Below are positions 27,496 through 36,980 of a stretch of DNA of 64,000 bases, piece by piece (the first letter of the stretch is position 1; the number at the start of each line of letters is the position of its first letter). A program made the position numbers and the translations under genes. The stretch covers positions 1,899,757-1,963,756 of the forward strand of contig OY969414.1 in assembly GCA_963699155.1 (NCBI GenBank). The letters are read 5' to 3'. This DNA is from an uncultured Chlamydiales bacterium (GTDB taxonomy: Bacteria; Chlamydiota; Chlamydiia; Chlamydiales; JAAKFR01). Below the pieces are notes generated by a model. It was not told the DNA's origin, searched no databases, and was given only the letters and a program-made list of their open reading frames with translations.

Positions 27496-28244
27496 ATACA
27501 ATAGAGCAGGTTTCAGAAGGTTTAAAAAGGCTGTTACTTCCAAAAATGAGTAAAAGCTTTTTTGAGTATGCTGAGAAGGCAAGAAAAGAAGAATGGGGCT
27601 ATGAAGAGTACTTGTTGGAGCTTGTAAGGCAAGAGGTTGAATCCAGAGAGAATAAACGCATCGAGAGATGGTTGAAAGAGTCAAATCTGCCCATTTCTAA
27701 ATCGCTTGCAAATTTTGATTTGAGCAGATTACCGAAGGGAGCTCAGCATCAGTTCAATGCCTTACGTGATGGCAAATTTCTAGAAAGAAAAGAGAATTTG
27801 TTATTATTTGGGACACCTGGTGCTGGGAAAACGCACTTGATGTGTGGTTTGGCCCAGGAGATGATAGGTAAGGGGTACAAGGCGTGCTTCAGTTCGTGTT
27901 CAGCACTGTTACAAGATTTGCTTATTGCGAAACAGGAACTGAAGCTGAACAGATTGATGAAAAAGCTGACAAGCTACGATCTGCTTGTTATTGATGAGAT
28001 TGGCTATGTGCAGCAGGAAAAGGAAGAGATGGAAGTGCTCTTTACCCTGTTTACATGGTGCTATGAAAGCACAAGTATTTTGCTGACCAGTAATTTGCCC
28101 TTTTCGAAATGGGAAGGGATTTTTAAAGATGCTATGATGGCTGCGGCGGCTATAGATCGTCTAGTGCATCACAGTGTAATACTTGAGTTAAACTTAACAA
28201 GTTACCGACTCGAGAAATCGAAAGCGAGGAAAGAAGAAAAATAA
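27492..28244 (+). CDS. istB: IS21 helper ATPase IstB
   Basis: GTPGAGKT, LLVIDEIGY, TSN, AIDRLVH. Confidence 0.95.
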   Translation: MNTIEQVSEGLKRLLLPKMSKSFFEYAEKARKEEWGYEEYLLELVRQEVESRENKRIERWLKESNLPISKSLANFDLSRLPKGAQHQFNALRDGKFLERKENLLLFGTPGAGKTHLMCGLAQEMIGKGYKACFSSCSALLQDLLIAKQELKLNRLMKKLTSYDLLVIDEIGYVQQEKEEMEVLFTLFTWCYESTSILLTSNLPFSKWEGIFKDAMMAAAAIDRLVHHSVILELNLTSYRLEKSKARKEEK

Positions 28245-28914
28245 GTGGTTTGCAAAGGAGCAAGCTCCTTTGCCGGGGTTTGGGGCAGAGCCCCATGAAA
28301 GATTGGGGGGCTGGGGGATTTATCCCCCAGAGAGAGAAAGTGCTTATGATGGGAGAAGAAAGTATTTTTCAACATAAGGAGTGGAAGAGGCGTCGTTTAA
28401 CTTTTCCCTCAAGAGCAAAAAAAATGACCGTTATGAAGATGGAACTGCAGTGAAGGGAAAAATAATTGTCGTTAAGGAGGAATTTTAATTGTCGTTACGC
28501 TAAGGATTAAAATTGTCGTTGAAGGGAAAAATAGTTGTCGTTAATCAGGATGATCCCAAGAGCCACAGCAGAGAGGCCTGCCACTCCAAGACCCCCACCT
28601 AAAAGAGACCATGCCAGCGTAGGGTTTAGCTTGAGGATATTGGTAGCTTGAATGAGGCCACTCCCACCTGTTAATGCTGCAATCAATCCAAGGCCGATAA
28701 AAATAGCCGGAAGAATGTATTTCAGCTTATCACATCCAGTTCTGGCCCCTCCCCCTAATAGGGGATAAGATGAAGAAGGATCTGAGGGAAAATAAATAGC
28801 ACCAGCCATAGAAAAAACTCCTAATTTTCCAAAAATTATAAACTAATATTGTTAATTTTAAACAAATGAGCTGGCTTATCAGGGGAATCGATAGGTAAAG
28901 GGATGGAATTTAAA

Positions 28915-29932
28915 TCAGTCGTGGGGTTTGTAAAAAAGCCGTTTCATTCTTGGCAAATGGTTCTCACAAAATTCCCTGTATTGACCTAATCGAAGGGGAT
29001 CATTCAATTCAATTCGTGCAAATTCTCGCTCGCAAAGATCTTCTAAACACCTGTGAAGCAACCAAGTATATTCCTTCCTAACCTGATAAATGGAATCAAT
29101 TTCTCCAATGATAGCGTCATCGCTTTTTTCTTGGAGATAGCAACCGCCCAACAAACCTAAAGCAAAGGCATGGTAGATCTCACTTCTCAGATTGTCGTCT
29201 AATGTAATTAAATGGCTTGCAAAGATCCACAATTTGGACCTGAAGACGAGATCAACGGCTTTAGGTGTACTAGCGAAACGACTTCCAAGAGTAAATCGAT
29301 AACCGGCCTCAAATCCAGCCATACCCATCCAAAGCACTCTATCTCGTACATGGTTTTTGTCTAAAGCAATCTCCAGATCCCTTCTTATTTGAGGATCTAC
29401 TTTTCCTGCTAAAGCCAATGCTTGATGACGCATTTCCCCATCCTCTAGTGGATTTACAGGTTTTTCTAACTCCTTCATTCCATCAATAATCCTTTGGACC
29501 CATGGTTGACGGACTTCACTTTTTTCACTCTCTGGTGCGACAGGCGCAGGAGAAGGATCCAGATCGCTAGATGAAGAGCGAGAAGGAGGTTTTGAAGATG
29601 TAGCCAAAAGAGGAGGCAAGGGACTTAGTAGAGGCCGCGCTTCTGGCTCAATTTCACCCTTTTTTTGTCGAAGAATGAGAGCAAGGGCAAGACCAGAAAG
29701 GATCGCCACGGTTAATCCCCCAATCAGGGTATAAAGGGCTTGTGAGGATGTCAGATGAAGAAAATTTGTGGAAGTGAGAACCCCCCCCGCCCCCTAATCC
29801 AGCTGTGAGCAGACCTAATACTAGGAGAACAACAGAGACGATCACCTTGGCTTTTTCACACTTTTTTTCAGGGGAAACGACAGCCACGTCAGGTATTTTA
29901 TCATCCGAGCTTGATCTAGAAATGGAAGCCAT
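28915..29932 (-). pseudogene. Inc-like membrane protein gene frameshifted at a G8 tract (29781-29788)
   Basis: Deleting one G fuses ORFs 29654-29932 and 28915-29709 into 338 aa, collinear with the neighbouring paralog. Confidence 0.75.
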
Positions 29933-29994
29933 TATATCTCAAATCTCTTCATTTTAAAGATTTATTATAAAAAAGTTCCAGAAATGATTCAAGT

Positions 29995-31578
29995 CTAAAC
30001 TCTTTTTCGGCCGAGGAGGCGGGTGATGAGGGTTGACTTCTGGTCTTGGAGGATTTTGAGTTCGTGGAGGATTTCGGCGGAGTTGGCTTCGGTGAGGGTA
30101 TCGAGAAGGTCGCGCTCATGGAGGGAGACGAGCTCGATTTCGTTGCGGAGGTATTCTTGCTCGAGGCCCCAGCGGAAAACGCGTCGGATGTAGGTGAGGA
30201 TGTTTTTAGTGGGGTTGTAGAGCTTGGGAAAGAAGCGGAGATAGTCAAAGCGGGTGGTCCGCTCGATGTTCTCCTTGTCGATCTCCTCTTGAGTGAGTTT
30301 GACACTAGCCCAGTTTTCATAGAGGGCGGCAATGCTTTGGTGGGCAGGGAATGCGTGGTAGACATTCATGATGAACTTGAAGAAGGCGGGAAAGATGAAA
30401 ATGCAGTCCCAGATGGTGACAGGGTAATATTTCCACCGTTTTTTACCCAAAAAGAGGGTGACATTACCGATGATCTTCGAGCCGATGCGCCAAAAGGCAA
30501 AGTCATCGAGATTGGCGAAGATCTGGAGTTTCGCTTGGGAAGCGGGGGTCAACTGGTGGTAGAAATAGTAGTCTCTTTCGTGCGGAGCAGGTGGATTAAA
30601 GGCATAGACCTGATCTACTAGATTGTGAGAATAGAGGGCAATCTGCTGCGCCAGGGCGCCACCCATGCTATGTCCAGCGACGAGAGGTGGTGTAGAGAAA
30701 TCGCGAAGCTGTTTGTGAATACGTCTCCAGGAATGGGCGTAGGCCTCTGTCGCCGAGCCATGTTCCGCGAAATTGGCCATAATGGAGCCAAGAACGGAGG
30801 GCTGAGAGGGCCACAGTTCTGTCCCTTGGCAGAGATAGATCGGGGGCTCCCCTTCTTCCTTAGGGATAAGGCTGACCGTTTTGACCCCTTCGGCAATGAG
30901 GTGTTGCTGGCATTGGTAGGGGACGAGATGATCTTTATTTTGAAAACTGGGAACCATCAAAATGAGACCATCGAGCTCGCGGTAAGCGGCCCCATGACTG
31001 AGGACAGCGAGGGTGAGAAAGCCTCTTTTTTCGCCATTTTCGATGGAGCTAAACTTTTTCAAGTCCCCAGCAATTTTCTCAAGAAGCTCTTTATCTTTTT
31101 TGAGACGGCTAAAGCGAAAGAGTTTGGGTAGTAACCCGGGCGGTGTAGCATCGACATCGTGGTAGGAGCAGTCTGGAGTATTCCACTCGACATGGATCGG
31201 CGCTAGCTCGATCGTCTTATCTTCGGGAGGCTCTCCTAACCGCTTCCACATGCGTAAAAAGAGGTCGACCTGGAGCGGTGCACCGAGCGCATACATGCGC
31301 AAGAAACCATCCTCACCGATGATTCTGGGCAGCGATTTGGGGCGATGCGGATCGCTCTCCTCAATCCATAAGGAGCGCACCAACTTGGAGGCCACGTCGG
31401 CCGTTGTCCCCAGCTCTTCGATCTGATAGCAGAGCGCTTTATAGACGCGGGCGAGCGTTTCTCGATTGGCTCTTCGCCCAGTTGGCTTCTGCTTCTGGAC
31501 ATCGAACCCCTCGCCTGTCCAGACGATCCAGGCGTGGCTATCGATTTTTTTATTTCCAAAGATTTCGCCAATTCTCAT
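29995..31578 (-). CDS. Alpha/beta hydrolase (lipase-like)
   Basis: GHSMGG nucleophile elbow, YAFNPP. ATGA-coupled to yggS. Confidence 0.7.
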   Translation of the reverse strand: MRIGEIFGNKKIDSHAWIVWTGEGFDVQKQKPTGRRANRETLARVYKALCYQIEELGTTADVASKLVRSLWIEESDPHRPKSLPRIIGEDGFLRMYALGAPLQVDLFLRMWKRLGEPPEDKTIELAPIHVEWNTPDCSYHDVDATPPGLLPKLFRFSRLKKDKELLEKIAGDLKKFSSIENGEKRGFLTLAVLSHGAAYRELDGLILMVPSFQNKDHLVPYQCQQHLIAEGVKTVSLIPKEEGEPPIYLCQGTELWPSQPSVLGSIMANFAEHGSATEAYAHSWRRIHKQLRDFSTPPLVAGHSMGGALAQQIALYSHNLVDQVYAFNPPAPHERDYYFYHQLTPASQAKLQIFANLDDFAFWRIGSKIIGNVTLFLGKKRWKYYPVTIWDCIFIFPAFFKFIMNVYHAFPAHQSIAALYENWASVKLTQEEIDKENIERTTRFDYLRFFPKLYNPTKNILTYIRRVFRWGLEQEYLRNEIELVSLHERDLLDTLTEANSAEILHELKILQDQKSTLITRLLGRKRV

Positions 31579-32249
31579 TGCGTAATAAAGAGCGCTGTTC
31601 CGATGCGAACGAGCGTTGCCCCCTCCTGGATCGCTAAAGGAAAATCATTCGACATTCCCATCGATAAGGTGGTCAAGTTTCCTCCTCTCTCCCCCAATTT
31701 TTCCGCACAATGTTTCAACTCCGAAAAGCAGTGGCGGATCGTTGCCTCATCTTCTGTCAGAGGGGCCATCGTCATCAATCCCTCCAGCGAGACCCCATTT
31801 AAATCGAGCAGCTTAGAGTAGACCTCTCTCCACCCCTCAAACGAGAGACCGCTCTTTGTGGCCTCCCCTGAGGTGTTGACTTCCAAAAGAATCGCCGTTT
31901 GAAGCCCCTCCCTCATACTCAAGAGCGAAATCCTCTCAGCCAGTTCCAGAGAATCGACCGAATGGATGAGAGTGAATCGCCCGATCACTTTGGAAACCTT
32001 ATTCTTTTGGAGCTTGCCGATAAAATGCCAACGGATATCACTCGGCAGCCGCTCCATCTTCTCTAACGCTTCATTCACGCGGCTCTCTCCAAAATCACGG
32101 ATTCCCAAAAAATAGGCCTCCCGCATCTCTTCGATAGTATGCCCCTTACTGACAGCCACCAATTTGATATCCTCACCCTTACGCCCCACCTGCTCTGCCG
32201 CTGCATCGATCTGATCCAGAACAGAACGGAGGTTCTTTTCAAGACCCAT
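31575..32249 (-). CDS. yggS: PLP homeostasis protein YggS
   Basis: LVAVSK, WHFIGKLQKNK, LSMGMSND, VRIGTALF. Confidence 0.95.
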   Translation of the reverse strand: MGLEKNLRSVLDQIDAAAEQVGRKGEDIKLVAVSKGHTIEEMREAYFLGIRDFGESRVNEALEKMERLPSDIRWHFIGKLQKNKVSKVIGRFTLIHSVDSLELAERISLLSMREGLQTAILLEVNTSGEATKSGLSFEGWREVYSKLLDLNGVSLEGLMTMAPLTEDEATIRHCFSELKHCAEKLGERGGNLTTLSMGMSNDFPLAIQEGATLVRIGTALFITQ

Positions 32250-32427
32250 CTTCCCTTTCGCTTTTCGGCTTAGCTATAATCTCCGAGGCGATCACCATCC
32301 GCTGTAAGGGTGTTTTTCCGCGAAAAAAGGGGGCCAGAGGATGGCGCGCCACTTTTTTGCCTTTTTTCTTTTTCACCTCCAGCCGGCTATGGAACTCAAA
32401 ACTGTCGTCAACTGTACGATGAGTCAT
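32239..32427 (-). CDS. Small basic hypothetical protein
   Basis: Fills the gap between floA and yggS; ends with the motif IASEIIAKPKS. Confidence 0.5.
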   Translation of the reverse strand: MTHRTVDDSFEFHSRLEVKKKKGKKVARHPLAPFFRGKTPLQRMVIASEIIAKPKSEREDGS

Positions 32428-32429
32428 TT

Positions 32430-33449
32430 CTAACCTCCTTGCGGGGGTATCTCTTCCTCTGGTTGACTGATCGCTTCGCGCATCTTGGTATCAGCCTGGA
32501 CATTCTTGAACCTCAAATAGTCCATATAGCCTAAATTCCCTTTTTTGAGCGCTTCAGCGATCGCTAAAGGGACTTGCGCCTCCGCTTCGACAAATTTGGC
32601 GCGCATCTCTTCCACCTTCGCGATATTTTCCCGCTCCCAAGCGACAGCCATCGCCCTGCGCTCTTCGGCTTTTGCCTGGGCAATGCGCTTGTCTGATTCG
32701 GCGCGGTCTGCTCTCAAACGGGCGCCGATGTTCTCCCCCACAGTGATGTAGGCGATGTCGATCGACAAGATCTCAAAAGCGGTTTGCGAGTCGAGCCCCT
32801 TTTCTAAAACCAGTTTGGAGATGCGCTGCGGATTTCCTAAGACATCGAGGTGGGTATCGGCCGTTCCGATCGCATTGACGATCCCCTCGCCGACTCGCGC
32901 GACGATCGTCTCCTCAGTGGCGCCACCGACGAGCTGGGTAATATTAGTCCGCACCGTCACACGCGCCCGGCAGAGCAGCTGCACCCCATCTTTAGCGACG
33001 CCGATGATGTAGTCCCCTTGCCCTTTTCCTGGACAGTCGATGACCTTTGGATTTACAGAGGTCTTCACGGCATCAAAAATGTTGCGCCCTGCCAGGTCGA
33101 TCGCAGTCGCCTGCTTCCAGGTGAGCGGAATATTGGCCTTGTCAGCGGCGATCATTGCTCCCACAACCTCCAGAACCCGTCCACCGGCCAGATAGTGGGT
33201 CTCCAGATCATTCACCTCGATCTGCTTCAAACCCGCCTTATAGGAGTTGATCCGGGCATTGACGATGATGCGTGGCGGAATTTTCCGCAGACTCATCCCG
33301 ATGATGTTGAAGAGGCTGATCGGTGTCCCCGAAACAAAGGCCTGAAACCACAAACTGATAAACTTCCCGACCACGGCGAGAATAAAGATCGCCACGATGG
33401 CGAGCGCAAAAATCAAGACATAAAATTCTACAGTGAGCTGAGCTATCAT
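32430..33449 (-). CDS. floA: Flotillin-like protein FloA (YqfA)
   Basis: [32 protein letters not shown]. Confidence 0.92.
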   Translation of the reverse strand: MIAQLTVEFYVLIFALAIVAIFILAVVGKFISLWFQAFVSGTPISLFNIIGMSLRKIPPRIIVNARINSYKAGLKQIEVNDLETHYLAGGRVLEVVGAMIAADKANIPLTWKQATAIDLAGRNIFDAVKTSVNPKVIDCPGKGQGDYIIGVAKDGVQLLCRARVTVRTNITQLVGGATEETIVARVGEGIVNAIGTADTHLDVLGNPQRISKLVLEKGLDSQTAFEILSIDIAYITVGENIGARLRADRAESDKRIAQAKAEERRAMAVAWERENIAKVEEMRAKFVEAEAQVPLAIAEALKKGNLGYMDYLRFKNVQADTKMREAISQPEEEIPPQGG

Positions 33450-33904
33450 TTTAATTCCTTTACAATGAGATGGCCACCTTCCCCGCCTACGATTTCGACG
33501 GCAGCCCCTTTTACTAGATATCCCGTTTTCGAAACAGCCTGATACCTTCGATTTTCGACCAGGATATGGCCGGCCGGTTTTAAATCGGAAAGGGCCTCCC
33601 CTTTTTTGCCGATCAAAGCCTTGTCAAAGCTCGAGGCTACATAGCCACTTTGGGCATCTCCCAGATAAATTCCCCTGAATTTACCCTTTCGGATGCGCTG
33701 CAGTGTGAACCAGATGAGAAAGGCGACGAGAAGTATGATCGCGCAAGCGTACAAAAAGGTCCATAGAAACGAATGGGTCGAGAGAGCGAAGAAGATTATG
33801 CTGGCAATCAAGAGAGCGCCGGCAATACCTGCCAAGATGCCGCTCGGCAAAAAAAACTCGAGAAAGATCAGAAGGAGGCCTATGGAGAGTAAGATCCAAC
33901 TCAT
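33446..33904 (-). CDS. Short NfeD-family membrane protein
   Basis: TM helices plus C-terminal OB fold [16 protein letters not shown]. Confidence 0.85.
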   Translation of the reverse strand: MSWILLSIGLLLIFLEFFLPSGILAGIAGALLIASIIFFALSTHSFLWTFLYACAIILLVAFLIWFTLQRIRKGKFRGIYLGDAQSGYVASSFDKALIGKKGEALSDLKPAGHILVENRRYQAVSKTGYLVKGAAVEIVGGEGGHLIVKELK

Positions 33905-35442
33905 CGGATCTCCTCGACGATGAGTTTGCTACCTTCGACAGCGATGACTCGAATCTTGTGATCGCGGTCGATGAAGCTGCCGCTACTCACCGCATCATAG
34001 AGCTCTCCTGCAATCTCCACTTTCCCCGCAGTTCGCAAGGGGGAGACAACAACCCCCTCAGCTCCAACTGCAGGTTGTTTTTCCTTGGAAATTCCAGCGC
34101 TGTAACCCTCTTGCGCACCGCGGTGGATTAAGGGAGAGAAAATTGCCAAACGGGGAGCGAGATATTTCCCCAAAAGGGCGATCACGATGAGAGAAGCGAC
34201 GATGGCCCCCGCGAGCCAGGCGAGCCGCACCAAAACGTACTGTCCTGCGGCATTGAGACTCCCTGTATCAAAGTCAAAGTGGACATCCCTAATCCCCGGC
34301 AGGAGCAAGCCCGCAAGACCGACGAGCGTCAGCAAGATCCCGATAATCCCCGTCACCCCAAAGCCCGGAATAACGAAAATCTCGACCATAATGAGCACGA
34401 TGCCTGCGAGCAAGAAGATCAGCTCGAGCCAGCTTGCCGCTTGGATGGCAAAATGGGAAAGCACAATGAGCGCCAAGCAAGTGACGGCAATGCCGCCAGC
34501 CACTCCAAAACCGGGCGTATGAATTTCGATATAAAAGCCGACGATGAGGCCCAAAAAGAGGAGAGCAACGACGATCGGGTTGTTGAGGAAGGTGAAAAAT
34601 CGAGTTTTCCAGTCCATCTGATAGGAGTGGATCACTGCGTGCGGAATCGATTGAAAGAAGGGAGCCGTAAAAAGAAGCTCTTGGCTGGCAGGCCACTCCC
34701 CTGCTTTTTTTTGCTCCTCACTGACTGGCACCAATTTCTGAGGGAGCAGCAGAAGATCGGCCACACCGAGATCGACCATCTCCTGGGCATTTAAGGTGAG
34801 CGGCTTGCCCTTACGCTTGATCACCCTATCTGTCGCCACAATCTGGTCATTGCTGGAGAGTTCCACCAGTTGATGCTCCCTTTGCACCAGCACCATATCG
34901 GCATCGACCATTGCTTCAGCAATCAATGGATTTCTGTCAAAGAAACGGGCTCTCCCTGCAAAGTCGGCCCGAATTGCTGAATTGACCTTTTCCGAGGTAG
35001 ACTCTCCGGTAGAGGTTACGGGCGTTGCCGCCCCCATGCTGCCATCCTTGACAGTCGTGATGTAGCGACAAGAGTAGGCCAACATGGCCCCTGCCGACAT
35101 CGCCCAGTTATTGATGAAAGCGACGACAGGAATGTCGTAGTTGGTGTCGAAGGCTTTCAGCGCATCGGAGATTTTCTGCGCCGGAAAGACTTCTCCACCT
35201 GGGGTATCGAGCTCCAAAATAATAAAGATGGGATGGAGGTGCTCCCTAAAGTAATCGAGAGCATTCTTCACATAGATATAGGTCCCTTGCGAAACCTGAC
35301 TATCATGCCCCCCAATGTAGAGATGGCCCACAGGGTTGGCCCCATGCTCGGAGTAGCGAATATGGTGGCGGAGGCTCTCCTCGAGGGATTCAGCAGCAAC
35401 AAAAAGCGGGACAAACAAGAAAAGAAGGAAGAGCATGCGCAT
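33901..35442 (-). CDS. nfeD: Long NfeD-family membrane serine protease (ClpP-class domain)
   Basis: LDTPGG, AMSAGAM, TM region with TPGFGV, C-terminal OB fold. Confidence 0.85.
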   Translation of the reverse strand: MRMLFLLFLFVPLFVAAESLEESLRHHIRYSEHGANPVGHLYIGGHDSQVSQGTYIYVKNALDYFREHLHPIFIILELDTPGGEVFPAQKISDALKAFDTNYDIPVVAFINNWAMSAGAMLAYSCRYITTVKDGSMGAATPVTSTGESTSEKVNSAIRADFAGRARFFDRNPLIAEAMVDADMVLVQREHQLVELSSNDQIVATDRVIKRKGKPLTLNAQEMVDLGVADLLLLPQKLVPVSEEQKKAGEWPASQELLFTAPFFQSIPHAVIHSYQMDWKTRFFTFLNNPIVVALLFLGLIVGFYIEIHTPGFGVAGGIAVTCLALIVLSHFAIQAASWLELIFLLAGIVLIMVEIFVIPGFGVTGIIGILLTLVGLAGLLLPGIRDVHFDFDTGSLNAAGQYVLVRLAWLAGAIVASLIVIALLGKYLAPRLAIFSPLIHRGAQEGYSAGISKEKQPAVGAEGVVVSPLRTAGKVEIAGELYDAVSSGSFIDRDHKIRVIAVEGSKLIVEEIR

Positions 35443-35468
35443 AAAAGGCCATCATGCTACTCCCCCTG

Positions 35469-36980
35469 CTAAAATGCAACTGCTCCTAAGAGAATCGTGA
35501 CCCGCTCCCTTGCTGGCTCTGTCAGCTGTCCCAGCAACTGTTGCGTGGTATGCTGCGCCTTATCATCATCTTCTGTAACAAAAAGCTCTTCGGCCTCTAT
35601 TACAGAGAGTTCATCCCAAGGGATCACTTCGAAGGAAATATCTCCCCATTCACGTAGTGCCTTGCCAATGCCAGGGCGTTTCAGGAATTCTGACCAAGGG
35701 AAGTGAGGGCTTTTGAGAATGTCGGAATCGATCCATTTGACCATGTTCACCGTTATCACTGAAATTAATGGCTCTATTTGATCGAGTGTGAGTTTTTCGG
35801 TAAAGCATTGGGCCTTCTTAATCCCATAGGGATGGCATTTGTTGAGGAAACTCTTCACTTCTTCGATCTTTTCAACAAGCATTGCCAGAAACTTTTCTAC
35901 GTTTTCAAAAAAGGTCTCTTCTTCGAGCTTAGCCAATTCTATCCCTATGCCCGCTTTATTCATCCAATGGTGCCAATTAAATCTCTCATCTCTCAGAACT
36001 TTGGGTAGGATAAAGGAGAAAAAGGTGGCCTTTAATCGAGGAGCAATTTGGTTGACTTTTTCAACTGTGAAATTGTTGAAAACTTTGAGCCCTTTAGCTT
36101 CATTTAGGGAGACATTCTCCCAAGGAATGTTTTCATCTTTAAAAATTTTCAGAGGCAAAAGGTCTGTCAGCGAGCCATCTAATTTAGAGAGATAGGGAAT
36201 GATTCTTTGGGCAATCTTTCTCATTCTAGTTTGATTAAACTTCATGGTCGACGCAGGAAGCAGTCTGGAAACCATTACCCGATCTGTACCCGAGTGTGCG
36301 ATGAGCAGGGCTAGCTGAACGCTTGTGAGCAAACCGACCACTTTTGGAGGAAGAGCTGCCAAATCGCTCGCTTGCAGCACTCTTTGCCGGAGCTCTCCCA
36401 GCGTTCCCGGCTTCGAATCAGAAGCCTCTTCTTTGAGTTTTGCTACCCGTAAAGAGAAGGCTGCCAGATCGGCGGGTTGAAAACCATCAATCTCTGCGAG
36501 CTTCTTAGCTAAAACTCGTTCTTCATTCGCAGCATAAATACCCATCACCCGCTTTCTTGTGAGGGTGTCGGCAGAGGGGTCAATATGAGGGGAATCTCTG
36601 GAGAGTACTCTTATCTGGTCTGTAGATTCCGCTAAACTCGTGACGGCATTCCAGGTATCATAAATGGAACGCGGGGTCGTAGGGTTTGAGGTGGAACGTG
36701 AGGTCACGGGGATTGAGGATAGTTTTTCCTCTTCAGCAGCCTCTTTTGAGCGTCTGTAGAGGAGAACTGAGACAACCACCAGCGCCACCAAGCTCACTCC
36801 TCCGCCTACTGTGAGAGAAATCCCCCCAACCATGCCCACGTCGAATGGCCAAGCCACGCCAAAAAGCCTTAAGATACCCAAAGCTAGGGCAACCGCACTT
36901 ATGCTTCCCCCCACTGCGGAAGCCGAAATCGACTTCGGTGTCCAATAAGAAGATGGATTGATACTTACTTCTGAAGCCAT
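35469..36980 (-). CDS. Inc-like protein with C-terminal FPW..FL..PGIG repeats, paralog 3
   Basis: MASEVS..SYWTPK N-terminus and bilobed hydrophobic domain. Confidence 0.75.
   Translation of the reverse strand: MASEVSINPSSYWTPKSISASAVGGSISAVALALGILRLFGVAWPFDVGMVGGISLTVGGGVSLVALVVVSVLLYRRSKEAAEEEKLSSIPVTSRSTSNPTTPRSIYDTWNAVTSLAESTDQIRVLSRDSPHIDPSADTLTRKRVMGIYAANEERVLAKKLAEIDGFQPADLAAFSLRVAKLKEEASDSKPGTLGELRQRVLQASDLAALPPKVVGLLTSVQLALLIAHSGTDRVMVSRLLPASTMKFNQTRMRKIAQRIIPYLSKLDGSLTDLLPLKIFKDENIPWENVSLNEAKGLKVFNNFTVEKVNQIAPRLKATFFSFILPKVLRDERFNWHHWMNKAGIGIELAKLEEETFFENVEKFLAMLVEKIEEVKSFLNKCHPYGIKKAQCFTEKLTLDQIEPLISVITVNMVKWIDSDILKSPHFPWSEFLKRPGIGKALREWGDISFEVIPWDELSVIEAEELFVTEDDDKAQHTTQQLLGQLTEPARERVTILLGAVAF

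Larger units (their letters stand above)
25881..28547 (+). mobile_element. IS21-family element, 2667 bp, TG...CA, 7-bp target duplication
   Basis: IRL TGATCTGCGACAATT; IRR reverse complement TGATTAACGACAACT. Four CGACAA-type subterminal repeats per end. GGATGAT at 25874-25880 and 28548-28554. Confidence 0.95.
25350..28809 (-). pseudogene. Inc-like membrane protein gene (about 261 aa) split by IS21
   Basis: Removing the IS and one GGATGAT copy joins 28809-28548 to 25873-25350 in frame (ALGII-LCRAKRE). Confidence 0.85.

Noticed and set aside
32850..33542. 230-aa antisense ORF (and similar shadows such as 30046-30621 and 52934-53461)
   Set aside because: They lie opposite well-supported genes and have no recognisable motifs.
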